DNA from: Octopus vulgaris | Lineage: Eukaryota | NCBI GenBank assembly: GCA_951406725.2 | Contig: OX597833.1 | Location: forward strand, 72,788,001-72,852,000 | Direction of reading: 5' to 3' | DNA: 64,000 nt | Shown here: positions 40,223 to 54,133 of the stretch, one piece after another | Layout of the letters: every line of letters starts with the position of its first letter | How positions within the stretch are numbered: the stretch's first letter is position 1 | Program-made: the position numbers and the translations under genes | The notes under the pieces: model-generated | Database searches by the model: none | Seen by the model: only the letters and a program-made list of their open reading frames with translations | Told to the model about the DNA's origin: nothing

Positions 40223-40633
40223 TGGGAGTGGCTGTGTGGTAAGTAGCTTGTTTACCAACCACATGATTCCGGGTTCCGGGTTCCGGGTTCAGTCCCACTG
40301 CGTGGCACCTTGGGCAAGTGTCTTCTACTATAGCCTCGGGCCGACCAAAGCCTTGTGAGTGGATTTGGTAGACGGAAACTGAAAGAAGCCCGTCGTATAT
40401 ATGTATGTCTATGTGTTTGTGTGTCTGTGTTTGTCCACCTAGCATTGCTTGACAACCGATATTGGTGTGTTTATGTCCCCGTCACTTAGCGGTTCGGCAA
40501 AAAGAGACCGATAGAATAAGTACTGGGCTTACAAAGAATAAGTCCCGGGGTCGAGTTGCTCGATTAAAGGCGGTGCTCCAGCATGGCCGCAGTCAACAGA
40601 CTGAAACAAGTAAAAGAGTAAAAGAGTAAAAAA
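40223..40633 (+). mobile_element. Full-length tRNA-derived SINE with CORE-like block (family C)
   Basis: A-box TGGCTGTGTGGT, B-box GGGTTCAGTCCC, CORE-like CACCTTGGGCAAGTGTCTT, internal microsatellite, (AGTAAAAG)n tail; at least five other copies in the window. Confidence 0.9.
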
Positions 40634-40637
40634 AAGA

Positions 40638-40748
<111 letters not shown>

Positions 40749-40845
40749 TCATATAGATATATATACATACATATATATATATATATACATTCATATAGAT
40801 ATATATACATACATATATATATATATATACATTCATATACATATA

Positions 40846-40925
<80 letters not shown>

Positions 40926-41059
40926 TATATACACACACAGAGGGGGAAGCGAGAGAGAAAGGAAGACAGATATTTATCCATAACACACACACACTATAGG
41001 TCGACATCCATTCGGATATATATATATATATATATATATATACACGCACACGCAACACG

Positions 41060-41113
<54 letters not shown>

Positions 41114-41177
41114 CATATATACACGCAAATATATAGATGTATACGCACGCACACACACACACATATATAAGCATTTT

Positions 41178-41279
<102 letters not shown>

Positions 41280-41346
41280 TGATAGATAGAGATAGATAGA
41301 TAGATAAATAGAAATACATGCTACTAAGAAACCATACATACCCGCC

Positions 41347-41383
<37 letters not shown>

Positions 41384-41384
41384 A

Positions 41385-41520
41385 TTAATCAAAATTAAAA
41401 CAGAGAAAAAACAACGCGAGGGCGTGGTACATGTAAAGTATTAATAAGACGCTCAGGGAAGGAAAGAAACTGTGTTTTACGTTTCGGGCCAAGCTCTTCT
41501 TCAGGAACAGGCGACGGACG
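41385..41520 (-). mobile_element. Short HHR-bearing element (family H), HHR at 41473-41509
   Basis: Minus strand: tgttc CTGAAGA agagc-ttg-gccc GAAA CG TA aaaca, then CCTGAGCG tail into (TA)n. Confidence 0.75.
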
Positions 41521-41844
41521 AAAATGTATGTATGTATGTATGTATGTATGTATGTATGTATGTATGTATGCATGTATGCATATTGATGCATTCCTAAATG
41601 CATGCCTGCTTGCGTGTGTGTAAATTAAGCGTTGATGTTCCTATTTACATCCACCGTATTCACTGAAATGAACTTATTTTTCTAGAAAAGCGATTACAAG
41701 TGAAACTGAAGGGAAAGGGGGAGGTAACTCCAGAAGATTATGAGTTAATTTCACAAAATAATTACTATTCTTAGCATAAAATATCTGTAGTATTAATTTA
41801 CATGGGTTTGTTAATTTTTTGTTTTAATTATGCAATTTTCTGCC

Positions 41845-41910
<66 letters not shown>

Positions 41911-42044
41911 GACTCAGAAAACCTTTCTAACTCTTTTCTGTTTGTTTTTTCCTGTTTTAGTCATTGAACGGCGGCCATGCTGAGTTAGAGCGTTGAAAGG
42001 TTTAGTCTTTAACTTACGGGAACGAAATTGCGATTATTATTATC

Positions 42045-42225
42045 AAGGTGGCAACCTGGCAGAATCGTTAGTTCGCCGGACAAGAAGCTTAGTGGCATTT
42101 CGACTTTGCCTGTCGTCCTTTCGAGATCGATAGAATTAGTAACAGCTGAGCACTGGGGTCGATTACATTGACTTATCCCCACTCCCTCGAAATTGCTGGC
42201 CTTGTACCAAAATTTGAACTCATTA
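42045..42225 (+). mobile_element. SINE family A, internally deleted
   Basis: TGGCAGAATCGTTAG...CGACTTTGCC...CACTGGGGTCGAT. Confidence 0.75.
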
Positions 42226-42679
42226 TCATAATTAATATTTAGGTAAAGAGACAAGATAAACACACAGCCAGGTAAAATAAATGTCACAAGTAAAGAAACT
42301 CAGAGTTTTTCCTTATATGTCCCCCCCCCTTCCACCCAACAGGTCTTTGGTGACAAAATGGCCGCCAGCCTCAAATCGTTAATTAAACCAAAAACTCTGC
42401 TGAAATTCATTTGTGTTTGTTGTTGTTATTGTGGTTGTAGTTATTTGGCGTTGATCGAGGAGCACATCAACGCCAAAAGGTGTTCCAACCGTGACCACCA
42501 TGCCCTCAGACTACTTTATCCTATACGTTCACTCATTCTTTGTTTTCTTTTCTTTATTTCTTTTGTTTATCGTTTTGAAGCGATATTATGTGATTTGAAT
42601 AGGATTTAACTGCTCTTTCTAGCTATTCGAGGCACCACATAAGGAAACTTTCCTTGTCTCAATATATTTTTTGTTGCGT

Positions 42680-42968
42680 TTCTTCTTCTTCTTCTTCTTC
42701 TTCTTCTTCTTCTTCTTCTTCTTCTTCTTCTTCTTCTTGTACTCATCCCCCTCCTCCTCTTCCTTCTTCTTCTTCCCCTCTCCTCTTCATCTTCGTCTCT
42801 CTCCTCCTCCTCCTCCTCCTTCTTCTTCTTCTTCTCCTTCTTTCTTCACCTTCGTCTCTCTCCTCTCTCCTCTTCTTCTTCTTCTTCTTCTTCTTCTTCT
42901 TCTTCTTCTTCATCTTCTCCTTCTTCTTTCTTCACCTTCCTCTCTCTCCTCTCTCCTCCCCTCCTCTT

Positions 42969-43000
<32 letters not shown>
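42680..43000. repeat. (CTT)n/(CCT)n polypyrimidine tract
   Basis: Directly visible. Confidence 0.95.
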
Positions 43001-43284
43001 CACACACTTAGTAGTTATAGTAGTACCGGCAGCAGCAGCAGCAGCAGCCCCAGTAGCAGAGTAAAGTAGCCCTTTTCTCATTGCGTTGCTGCTTTTGTGT
43101 CGCCGTCTTCCTCTATTGTTGACGGAAAAAAGTAGTTCTCTCACGTCTCTCCCGCCGAGAGACGTGTGTGAGGGTGTGTGTGTGTGTGGGTGTGTGTGTG
43201 TGAGGGTGTGTGTGTGTGAGGGTGTGTGTGTGTATGTGTGTGTGGCTGTGTGCATATCTATCTATCTATTTATCTCTCTCTGTC

Positions 43285-43379
<95 letters not shown>

Positions 43380-43383
<4 letters not shown>

Positions 43384-43510
43384 AACGGGCTTCTTTCAGT
43401 TTCCGTCCACTAAATTCACTCACAACGCTTGGGATGGCCCAGGGCTGTAGTAGAATTCACTTGCGCAAGGTGCCACGCAATGGAACTGAACCAGAAACTA
43501 TGTAGTTGGG
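43380..43510 (-). mobile_element. 5' half of SINE family C
   Basis: ACGGGCTTCTTTCAGTTTCCGTC...CAAGGTGCCACGCAATGGAACTGAACC. Confidence 0.75.
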
Positions 43511-43854
43511 TGTGTGTAGAGGTTTAGGTTATTTCAAATATATTCCTGACATATTTTAACTTCTGAAGGCAATTTTACGTCAGCTTACCGTGGAGAAAAA
43601 CGTTTTCGCTTGTGGTAAAGGTGTAAACACACCATTATATCACATTAGTGGCCCTCTCTATTGGATTCCTAGATGACCATGTCCTAATGAGAAATCCGTA
43701 ACTTTATGATAAATTTGTCGAACCTAATTACTAAATTGCTCGCAGAACGCGTAAGAATGATTGCGAAACAATGATATAAAATAAACGTCAGAAACATTCG
43801 AATTTAGTGTCGTTTATTTCCATCATTGCTTCGCGCTAATTGTTTCCCCGAGGT

Positions 43855-44190
43855 AAACTGCAGTGAAATTGCCTGGTGGTGAGCAGCTGATGCTCTTTAT
43901 GCACAGGATCAAATGCAACATTTTGGCAACCAGTGAAATACCTAAAGACTGGCGAAACGTTATCATGATACCTTTGTACAAAAGCAAATGTCTACGTGAC
44001 AGCTGGGAAAAACGCCGTGGCAATGCTTCGTTTGGCCCAGAAAAATGGTTGCCGAGATACTTCTGACAAAGCTAAATGTCCACATCACAGACAGAATCTT
44101 CCCAGAATCTCAATGTGGCTTCAAACCAAGCTAAGATACAACAGTTATGATATTCACGGCTAGACAAGTCCTTTGAAGAAAGCTTGTATC
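43855..44190 (+). mobile_element. RTE-clade LINE reverse transcriptase fragment
   Basis: KLPGGEQLM...EIPKDWRNVIMIPLYKSK...RILPESQCGFKPS*DTTVMIFTARQ. Confidence 0.85.
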
Positions 44191-44447
44191 GGGTGTCTTT
44201 CGATCTGAGCAGTCAATTTACATTTGCCGCCATACTGGAGAAAATCCCTACCAACGACTGAAAACAAGGATGGCCCCGACCCCGCGGCTTTCGATTAAAA
44301 ACTGCACATCCACCTGGGCTGGTAGCTGAAGTTTCCACGCCACATATGTACAAGCCAGATATGGTCATCACCGCTGAGGAAACAGTTAATTATGTTGACT
44401 CATACAGTGACACTGGTGGCGGCCAGAGTATTACACACACACACACT

Positions 44448-44514
<67 letters not shown>

Positions 44515-45379
44515 TCTGTCTAACAAATTTCACATATTGTAAATTTAAAATATTTGCACTGGAATCGAATTCGGAACCCCTTGGTTGCCAGGAATCAAGC
44601 GCATGTATTTATCCACCCGGTTGCTTCTGTACTCATGGTTGCCGGGCATTTGTATTATGCAAAAGTCCTTCGCTCGTAATAAGGAGTTTCCATTACGTTA
44701 ATGATTCTGGCGACTCACCAAACTCCTCTTCAATCAATTAGAAGCATTACACGTAATGGCTTCAGTCCTCAACGGGACAGAAACAGACCAGACACAAATG
44801 TCACAACATCAGATAAAGAGGAGGAGGGGGCAGACGTTCGACCTTCCCAGCATTTTCTCATTATTTCTGATATCATAAACGGCATAAACTTATTTCACGT
44901 GCACACACACCCTCACCCACACACATATTTGTATATGTGTCTGTCTGTGTGTGTGTGTGTGTGTACATATGTGTGTGCGTGTGTATACATATTATCTATA
45001 TATACAAATATATGTGTATGTGTGAGTGTGTGTTCACGTGAAACAAGTTTATACTCGATCGTCTGCTTCCTCTTTATCTGATGGTGTCACATTTGTCTCT
45101 GAAGTGTTACTCTTCCTGATATATGTGTGTGTGTGTGTGTGTACATGTGTGTGTGTGTGTGTGTTGCGTGTGTGTATACACATGTCTCTCTCCCCCTCAC
45201 TCTATCTATACCAATATCTAACTAGGCATGTTTTTGTTTTTATGTTTTCGTTTCTTATTGTGTTTAACGTTTTTTTATGTCCTCTACCCATATCTGCATG
45301 TATATATACAAATAGATGTAGGAATGTACATATGTGTATGTATATAAGCATATATTTATATATTATTTATATTATTATA

Positions 45380-46010
45380 TGATCGAACGCCACGCATCCT
45401 TTCCCAAGTAAGTTTTATCTCAGTAATTACGATGCACACTCTTCTTCTATCTATCTCCCTCTCTTCTCTTTCTATCTCTCTCCCTCTCTTGTTCTTCATT
45501 CTTTCTGGTTTTCTCTCCCACCCTTACCCTATTCTTCTCCTCTCCTCTTCACCGTTCCCTCTCTCACTCTTCCTCCTCGACTCTCTCGTCGCTGACACGT
45601 GACGAAAGGGAATCATCTTTCTGCCCATTTCCTTCCTAAAGACAACACGTTCTTATACCTGTCTCCTCTCATAAGCTCGTCTTCCTAGGGTTCATAATGT
45701 TTTTTCTATCGTCTTGGCTTAACAGCTCTCACCGTTTGTTTTTACTGCTTTGTTCTCACTGTCCTGTTCTTGTTACCATTTTCACCCTCTGCAAAAAATC
45801 CCAAATATTATTTAATTTGCTTTGCGGGAAGGATTGTTTCAACGAAGGTCACGTATAGTCCTTGCCTTCGAAACACGGAGTAGATGAAACAGGGACAACT
45901 GATGAAGAGTAACATTCTTTATGTTGCATGTCTCGTTTCTCTGTTTGTTTTTTTCGTTGTTCGAAGAAAAAGTTCGTTTTCTATGGTTTTGTTTTTATGT
46001 CCTGTACCCA
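45380..46010 (+). mobile_element. Probable PLE 3' region with a decayed HHR (about 45838-45890), ending in (TA)n
   Basis: CT-rich UTR-like sequence; caACGA agg...cctt c GAAAC acgga GTA. Confidence 0.45.
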
Positions 46011-46024
46011 TATATGCATATATA

Positions 46025-46104
<80 letters not shown>

Positions 46105-46139
46105 GGCATGTACATATATGTATGTATATATGCATATAT

Positions 46140-46350
46140 TTATGACCGCGCGTGTATCGTTGGCGATTTTTTTCCCTCCGTCTTCCCTTCCTTGGATCTT
46201 TCCTTTTCCTATGTTTCTGACGAAGAGCTCCGCTCGAAACGTTAAATCCTCCTTCTTTCTTTCCTTTCCTGAGCGTCCAATAACACTATACTTGTTCTAC
46301 GTCCTCGCGGTGTTGTATTTTCTCTTTGTGTTTTCATGTTTGGATTAACT
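46140..46350 (+). mobile_element. Short HHR-bearing element (family H), intact HHR at 46213-46247
   Basis: gttt CTGACGA a GAGC-tcc-GCTC GAAA CG TT aaat, then TTCCTGAGCG tail; flanked by microsatellites. Confidence 0.8.
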
Positions 46351-46507
46351 AGAGAGAGAGAGAGAGAAAGAGAGAGCATGATAGATAGATAGATATACAT
46401 CAGGTTCTTGATTATTTTGTTTATAAAATATTGGTATAGAAATATAAAGTACACGTATTTGAACTAAAGTAGATCTTATTTAATTAATTTAATTTATTTA
46501 CTGTGTG

Positions 46508-46550
<43 letters not shown>

Positions 46551-47318
46551 AGGTTAAACCGACATTACACATCCGAGCGACGGATGCGTTCAAAAGGCTT
46601 GTGGTTGGCTGCACATCAGTAAACTGAGAGAAAAAAATTCCTCAATGGCATAAATGTGATTATTCTAATTTTATTATAAACATTTTTTTATTGTCCCCTC
46701 CATCTTAAACCTCCAAAAGTACACAGTTTAAAATTCCTTAATAAAATGCTAATAACACCAACATCAAATTCAACCCTAGTATTATCTACAAATATTCTTT
46801 CGAGAATCTTGAAATATCCTCCCCCCCAAAAAAAAATCAACCTTATATACAAAGAATGCCGTGACTTTAACACGACACATCTGTTTACATCATTGATTCT
46901 GCATCTGACCGAATCATAAATAATAGCAAAATTCCTGTATCAAACTAAAATAAATTTCTTCACTATAATTGTCTGTCAGTTCACTCTCTACAGGGATATT
47001 CTATCCTCCGAACCCTCTCTATTCCTTCTTGTTGCAGCTACTTCCCTAATTTACCTACACTCACACCTAATTGTCGTGATATTGATCCACCTACTCCCCC
47101 TCCCCCCCCCCCAAAAAAAAAACACCACCTGTCAAAGAAAACTATAAAGTAAATCAGAGTCCAACGAAGGTAAGCAAACCGAAACTTTGAAGTTACTGTC
47201 TACATTTTCTTTGTAAAACAAACCTGCACTCAACCTAAAAGTATTGAGTAAGTCTTGGCTTTAATATTGTTTTTGTATAGGACGTGACATAAATACACAC
47301 ACACACATACGTATACAC

Positions 47319-47371
<53 letters not shown>

Positions 47372-47374
<3 letters not shown>

Positions 47375-47570
47375 CGGGATACGAAAATAAACAAAAGACG
47401 AAGGCAGGTGGAGTACAAACAAACAGTGTATTAGTATGGCGCTCAGGAATAGAAATAAAACAAGTCTTTTACGTTTCGAGCCTACGCTCTTCGACAGAAA
47501 GATACACAGAAAAGAAACAAGGAGAGAAAAAAAATTGCGTGTAGGGGCTAACGATCCAACATGGCGTTCT
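47372..47570 (-). mobile_element. Short HHR-bearing element (family H), HHR at 47465-47502
   Basis: Minus strand: tcttt CTGTCGA a GAGC-gtag-GCTC GAAA CG TA aaaga; perfect stems, A6U core change; TTCCTGAGCG tail; (TA)n on both sides. Confidence 0.8.
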
Positions 47571-47674
47571 GTATATATATATATGTTATGTATGTGCCCC
47601 AGCATGGCCACAGCTCATGAGCTGAAACTGGAAAAAATCAAAATCAAAATCATATATATATATATATATATGTG

Positions 47675-47708
<34 letters not shown>

Positions 47709-48281
47709 TACACATGTTGTTGTAGGCATTTCCTCTAACTAATCTATATCCATAACTATTAACTTTTAGCTGTTATTGATTATGTATCAGATACCTATAA
47801 TCTATTGTCTGAAAGAAGTAGAGAGAAAGGACGTAAGCGGTACCAAACTTCACACGGCCTTGTCAATACCATTTTCGACAGAGCAGTCATGAAGAGACAC
47901 AGTCGCGAATGGAAACCCAATTTATGTCCATTTATTCTATCAACTTCAAACAGAAGTTGATAGAATAAAGTTATAATTCAAACGGTCACTGCTAAGTAAT
48001 TGATGTACCTAGGGATATGGGGACGGCTTGATCAACATATAGAGTCAGAACTACACATACATGCATACATACATAAATACATACATACATACATACATAC
48101 ATACATACACGAATGTATACATACATGTATGCATACATACATATATGCATACATACATACATATTTGATAAATCCCTAAAAGGGACGAAAGCGCTAAATA
48201 GTTTAAATTCAAATGGTAACTACCTACGTTTCCTTCAATTATGCACACGCACACACACACACAAACACACACATATATATG

Positions 48282-48328
<47 letters not shown>

Positions 48329-48496
48329 ATTACGTACATCGTATCAAATACGTATCTATGGCAACAGTTATGCATAAGATGGATGTCGGTCATGAGTTTT
48401 CAGTTGCTCAATCCACCCGGATCATTGAATTAGCAAACAAGTGCTGAGCATTCTGAAGACGTTATTCTCGGGTGGAGACAGCGTCTTTGTGTGTGT

Positions 48497-48538
<42 letters not shown>

Positions 48539-48769
48539 GTGATAAGGCTGTACCTTTTGAATTCCAGATAGAATCCACCCGGCCGACCCGCGTCGACCCA
48601 ATGCCACTCACAAGATATATGGGTCGACCCAGGGTTGACTGCGATGCCACGAAGTGAGATTGAACCGGAGACCTCAAACTTCTTAATTATTCGGACACAC
48701 TGCGTCTGTCTGCGCATTCAAATATAGACATAGCATCAAACACTTATATAGAAATATGCAAGATTGCAT

Positions 48770-49625
48770 GCAACGATGCACGCCCAATGACTGCAACGTG
48801 ATTCCGGGAAATGCTTAGACTTGAGCAACATGGACGGAGCTTTTTAGTTCTTCGAACGACCGACATTCTTTGGCACAAATCTGATAACGATGGGCGCCTC
48901 TTAAAATAATTGTTCAGAGTGTTTCTAAAGTGGATTCCTCATCGGTTGATACTTGATTTGAAAGAGAGAAGTTTATAAGTCTACTCAAATCAGTTGGAAT
49001 CCAATGACAGAATGTTGTTTTTCCGATCTGGTGTCAGAGAATGAAACTTATTCGTATCTTTAAGTGCCAGATATGGAGATTCAGTTCTTGGAATGGTGTC
49101 CTCTTCTCCGAGGTCAAAGTTATTCAAAAGAACCAACGATCCCCAGAGGAAGCCATGATAGTTGTTTTGCCTGGGTGACAAGGATGTTACTCTCCTCGAT
49201 TTATACTTTTAACAGACAGTGGCACATCGAGACACGCAAAAACTCAGGGAAACCATTTGGAGGACGAAACCAAGCAGGAATCTGACAAAGATCCATATTC
49301 ACCAAGACAAACCACGACCACACACATCTTTGGTAACAAGTGGAGCAATCGGCAAATTGGTCCCGGAAGTTCAGCCAGGATCGGGTGTTCACTGACTTCC
49401 ACTTTTTTGGTCTAATGAAGAACGGCTTTCGGGGACAAAGACTGGAAAACGCAGACGATGTGAAAATGTTGTGAAGAATTGGCTACAACAGGACAAAGCC
49501 GAATTCTTTCAAAGAGAATTCCCGAGTTTGGGTCAACGACGGTGCAGTCTCGAAACGTAATAACTTTGTGTAAAGGATAAATAACTTTACCAGCATCTGC
49601 AATTTGAACGACGACCGACTTCTTT
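48770..49625 (+). mobile_element. Decayed mariner (Tc1/mariner) transposase remnant
   Basis: KWIPHRL (WVPHEL-like), DLVSENETY (IVTGDETW-like), HQDKPRPHTS (HDNARPH-like), DFHFFGLMKNGFRGQRLENADDVK; many stops and frameshifts. Confidence 0.8.
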
Positions 49626-49677
49626 TAATAAGAAGAAAATTATGCTCTATTTTGCATTACTTTCTGTTGTCTCCTGA

Positions 49678-50050
49678 TTTATACCTGTAATTATTGGGGC
49701 CCTTGGATGTGTAATACACGGCCTAAATACCAATCTTGAGAAATTAGAATTCTCAAAACCAGAAAGGAGAAAGCTAATTCAAAGACTACAGATCCAATCC
49801 ATCACTGGAACTGTAAAAATCTGTAAAACTTTCCAGAAGTTTATCATTTAAGTACATATGAGCATGTCTAGATATGCAACTATATGCATGAGAGTACATA
49901 GATAGAACATACAAATCTGCACATACATACATACATACCAAAATACCGTGATGATGTTGTTGAAATTCTAATTAAGGAGTCTTGGATCTAGGTTAGAAAC
50001 CAACTCTCTCCCTCTATTGGCAAGAAATCATGAAATATAAGTGAAAAATG
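49678..50050 (+). mobile_element. 3' end of an RLE-type LINE running into (CATA)n
   Basis: FIPVIIGALGCVIHGLNTNLEKLEFSKPERRKLIQRLQIQSITGTVKICKTFQKFII* (49678-49851), then a 3' UTR. Confidence 0.75.
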
Positions 50051-50555
50051 ACATACATACATACATACATACATACATACATACATACATACATACATAC
50101 ATACATAATGCATGCATACATACATGCAATCAGACAGACAGAAAGACCGGTATACTTACACACACATATATACATACACAAAACCATTCCCACCACCAGA
50201 CCAGTGCATTCGTGCATTTCACCAACGCGTAACAATCACCGAATGAACAACAACATGAAAGCCGTTGCGAGGTTTTTCCTCAATCATTTATTCAAACAAT
50301 AACAACAACAACAATGATAATAATTATAATAATCATGATTAAAAATATAACACAAACTTATACATATATTTCTGTCCATACGAACACACGGCCATACGTA
50401 ATTAGCTGCGTATAGACGTGTATGCATAAATTCATAAATATACACATATACAACATACGCACAAACATACACACATTTAGACACGCATAAGCAGACATCG
50501 ACCAACAGACACTAGCGTATGCACACAAACACACAAAAGCACACACTCACATATG

Positions 50556-50838
50556 AATGGCCCAGTGGTTAGGGCAGCGGACTCGCGGTCGGAGGATCGC
50601 GGTTTCGATTCCCAGACCGGTCGATGTGAGTGTTTATTGAGCGAAAACACCTAAAGCTCCACGAGGCTCCGGTAGGGGGAGATGGCGACCCCCGTTGTAC
50701 TCTTTCGCCATTTCTTCTGTTGGCCTTCTCGCTTAGCCAGCAGGGTGGCGTCATTTGAAGGCTAAAAACAATGCGAAGCGCATAGTGACCAGCGATAAGC
50801 AGCAACATCTGATAGCCTGGTCGGTCACGGTGACGGTG

Positions 50839-50840
<2 letters not shown>
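50556..50840 (+). mobile_element. SINE family B
   Basis: Near-identical to the reverse complement of 24197-24514. Confidence 0.9.
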
Positions 50841-50870
<30 letters not shown>

Positions 50871-51007
50871 TAATATGTATACACACACGTACAGGCGTAC
50901 GTGTGTGTATACGTAAAATATTGACGCACGTAGGCACAACGACACACACATGTGGCCATGCACAATCAGCCATACATGCAGACGCAAAAATCACTAACAC
51001 ATGCGCG

Positions 51008-51053
<46 letters not shown>

Positions 51054-51554
51054 ACACACACAAACACACACACACACACACACACACAGCTGCAAAGCGT
51101 CCACTGCGTAGAAAGGTGCGTTGAAATGCAGCTGAGATGTCGGCGTTGAGACAAAAGCGTCACTAGAGGCCGCTTGCAACTGATTGTGTGCCACGTCTAG
51201 CCAGGAGTACAAGAGCTTAAGAGAGTCACATAGCCAGGATCCGGTGTCTTTAAGTAATACACCGGACAATAAGGATATAACACCGGTAAAAAAAACAACA
51301 AACAACGACTCGGGGATAAGTTATAAATAAATAAATATTACAATATATTATTTTCGCGACGTATATGGCAAGATTTTGTCGTTATTTTCAACATATATAT
51401 GTGTGTGTGAACAGAGGCAGATATATATATATATATACATACATGCATACATGTACATAAATATGTATGTGCGTGTATGTGTATGTATGTATGTATGTAT
51501 GTATGTATGTATGTATGTATGTATGTATGTATGTATATATGTATGTATGCATGC

Positions 51555-51589
<35 letters not shown>

Positions 51590-51607
51590 TACATGTACAT
51601 ATATATA

Positions 51608-51642
<35 letters not shown>

Positions 51643-51645
51643 ATG

Positions 51646-51710
<65 letters not shown>

Positions 51711-52979
51711 GGATTGATTGATGGTGTACCTAAATGCGCGGCGAAGGTAAAGCGAACGGATCTCTCTTGTATTGCTTTGAATATGACAAAACTTGTCCCT
51801 TTTTTGTTTATCGAATCTAACGACGCGAATTCAGGTCTGTTGGAGAGGCGGAGATGAGAGACTGGAGTCGACATTGAGCATAAAGGAGAGAGAGGATAGA
51901 TAGATAGATAGAGACAGAGAGAGAGAAAGAGAAACGGAGAGAAGGAGAGAGAGTGGGAGAGAGACGGAGTGGGAGAGAGAGAGGGAGAGAGGAGGAGGAA
52001 ACCTGAGTGAGATGAAGAAGGTGAGAGATGCAGTAATGGCGAAGTAACATGCAGATGAAGAGAAAAGAAAAGAGAGGAGGAGGAAGAGGAGGAAGAAGGC
52101 TGTAGTAGTAGTAGTAATGGTTCGTTTGGGGGAGGAGGAGGAGGAGGAGGTTAGAGTAAAGAAAGCGAACAGAATGCAAAGTGGTGTGAGTAGCGGCGGA
52201 AAGGGTTTCGAGTCTCTCACGACGGACAGCTGAATGGAACGTTTCTGGCGCTACTGAAAGCCTCATCGACCGGGGACACACACACACAATCGTCTCCCTC
52301 TCTCTCTATATATATATTTATACTTATATTTTTAGCCACGATGCTACCGGACCACTTTACAGTTTCGGGCCCCGCCTTTTCCTATACCCAAGTCTTTAAT
52401 TGAGAAACCGCGGAAAAAAAGAAAGGCATACGTGTGTATGAGTGCGTGTATGTAAATGTGAAAGAGCGCCAGTTTAATTTCATCGAACATTTTAGATCTT
52501 ATTTACTGTGTGTATGAATTCGATGAATTCGATGTGGATATATTTTTGCTCATTTCCCATTAACATACAACCGGAATTTCAAACAATGCATTCGTAGACC
52601 TTCGCATATAGCAGTGGGTGCGTGTGTCTATACACACACACACACACACACACAGACTAGGTTTTACATACACAGCCACAGAAACAGTCAGTCGCCTAAA
52701 CAACAACGGATGTGTGTGAGTCAAACACACACGTATATGCGTATCTCTCGATATTCACACACATAACCACACGTCGGTGTAATCTCTCCCGGTCGACACA
52801 GAACCTTCTTAAAAGGTGGAGCGAGTCAGTTTGGGATTTTTATTTTAAGGCAATCGTAAGGAAAAATCTTTATACGGCGAAGATTTACTCATTTCGAAGC
52901 TGGAATATTTATTATAAAAGCCTCTTCACAAATAGATAAAGAGACTCTTAAAAATCTCGTTTTGTTAATTATTTCATAG

Positions 52980-53104
52980 AGACATGAGTGTGAATGTGTG
53001 TTAAGATATTAAGGTGTCTCTTGGCAAATCGAAGCAGCTGATGATCAGGAGAGACATTGGCTAGTCACCAGTGACACCTGTCGAGCAAGCACAAGCTTTT
53101 CAAG
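52980..53104 (+). other. Candidate non-coding (5' UTR) exon of a plus-strand gene
   Basis: Acceptor TTATTTCATAG| and donor AAG|GTAGGT, downstream of a CpG/GA-rich leader-like region (51730-52900). Confidence 0.3.
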
Positions 53105-53454
53105 GTAGGTAACTATTGTTTTTTTTTTTCTTCCTTTTTGTGTGGGTTTTTACAATTACAAGAATTATGGTTTGACACCAGCAAATATGAAACTTAGAAA
53201 CAGCGACGATCATCATAATAATAATAATATCATTTATCGTTGTTGTTGCTGTTCCACGGTTCCACCCTCATCGAGAAGACCTAGCTACATAAGGGATCTT
53301 TAGTTAAGGGTTGTGATCTGATGGACATTTGGTAGCTATTTCTAGCTAGCCGACGCTCCATCGTGGGCTCATAAAAAAGACAATATTTACAACATCAATA
53401 ACAACAATATCAAAACTGACAGTTTAAAAAATGGCTTGAATCACATGTCAATAT

Positions 53455-53496
<42 letters not shown>

Positions 53497-53569
53497 ATAT
53501 ATGTATATGTGTATATTTATATGTATATGTATATACATGTATATAATGTGTGTGAAAAGACGTCTAACC

Positions 53570-53830
53570 TAGTGGCTAATTATTAATGATGTGGTCCCTA
53601 ATTATCAGGACGTGAGTTCGATTCCCGGAGCGACCGGGGCTCTTGTCCTAAAACATTTGCGCCGGCTGAATACGGGTACCGAGGGAAAGGTGCGGTTAAC
53701 CGGCGGATTAACCCCACCAAGGACTGTGGTCCCGCTTGGAGGGTCTCCTTGCGATCTCTGTCGCTTAACACCATGGAAACCACAATAAGATCCGGTCTCA
53801 GGGGTTTATAGGGTCGGGAGTTAGACTTTG
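53570..53830 (+). mobile_element. Decayed tRNA-derived SINE (family E)
   Basis: B-box GAGTTCGATTCCC; tail GGAAACCACAATAAGATCCGG. Confidence 0.6.
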
Positions 53831-53908
53831 AATGTGGATATATATGTGTGCGTGTACGTAGATATATGTGTGTGGATGGGTGTATGTGTGTATATATGTG
53901 TATATGTA

Positions 53909-54133
53909 GGGCGGCGGCGAGCTGGCAGAACCGTTAGCGAACCGGCGAAGTGCTTAGCAGTGTTTCGTCTGCCGTTACGTTTTGAGTTCAAATTCCGCTG
54001 AGGTCGACTTTGCCTTTCATCCTTTCGGGGTCAATTAAATAAGTACCAGTTACGCACTGGGGTCGATGCAATCGACTTAATCCCTTTGTCTGTCCTTGTT
54101 TATCCCCTCTGTGTTTAGCCTCCTGTGGGCAAT
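53909..54133 (+). mobile_element. Full-length SINE family A
   Basis: A/B boxes; near-identical to the reverse complement of 2221-2454. Confidence 0.9.

Noticed and set aside
43142-43166. 10-bp perfect hairpin CACGTCTCTC/GAGAGACGTG
   Set aside because: Short and partly built from CT/GA repeats; expected by chance in this composition
44231-44254. HTGENPYQ C2H2 zinc-finger linker-like peptide
   Set aside because: No correctly spaced Cys/His on either side; chance match or unrecognisable relic
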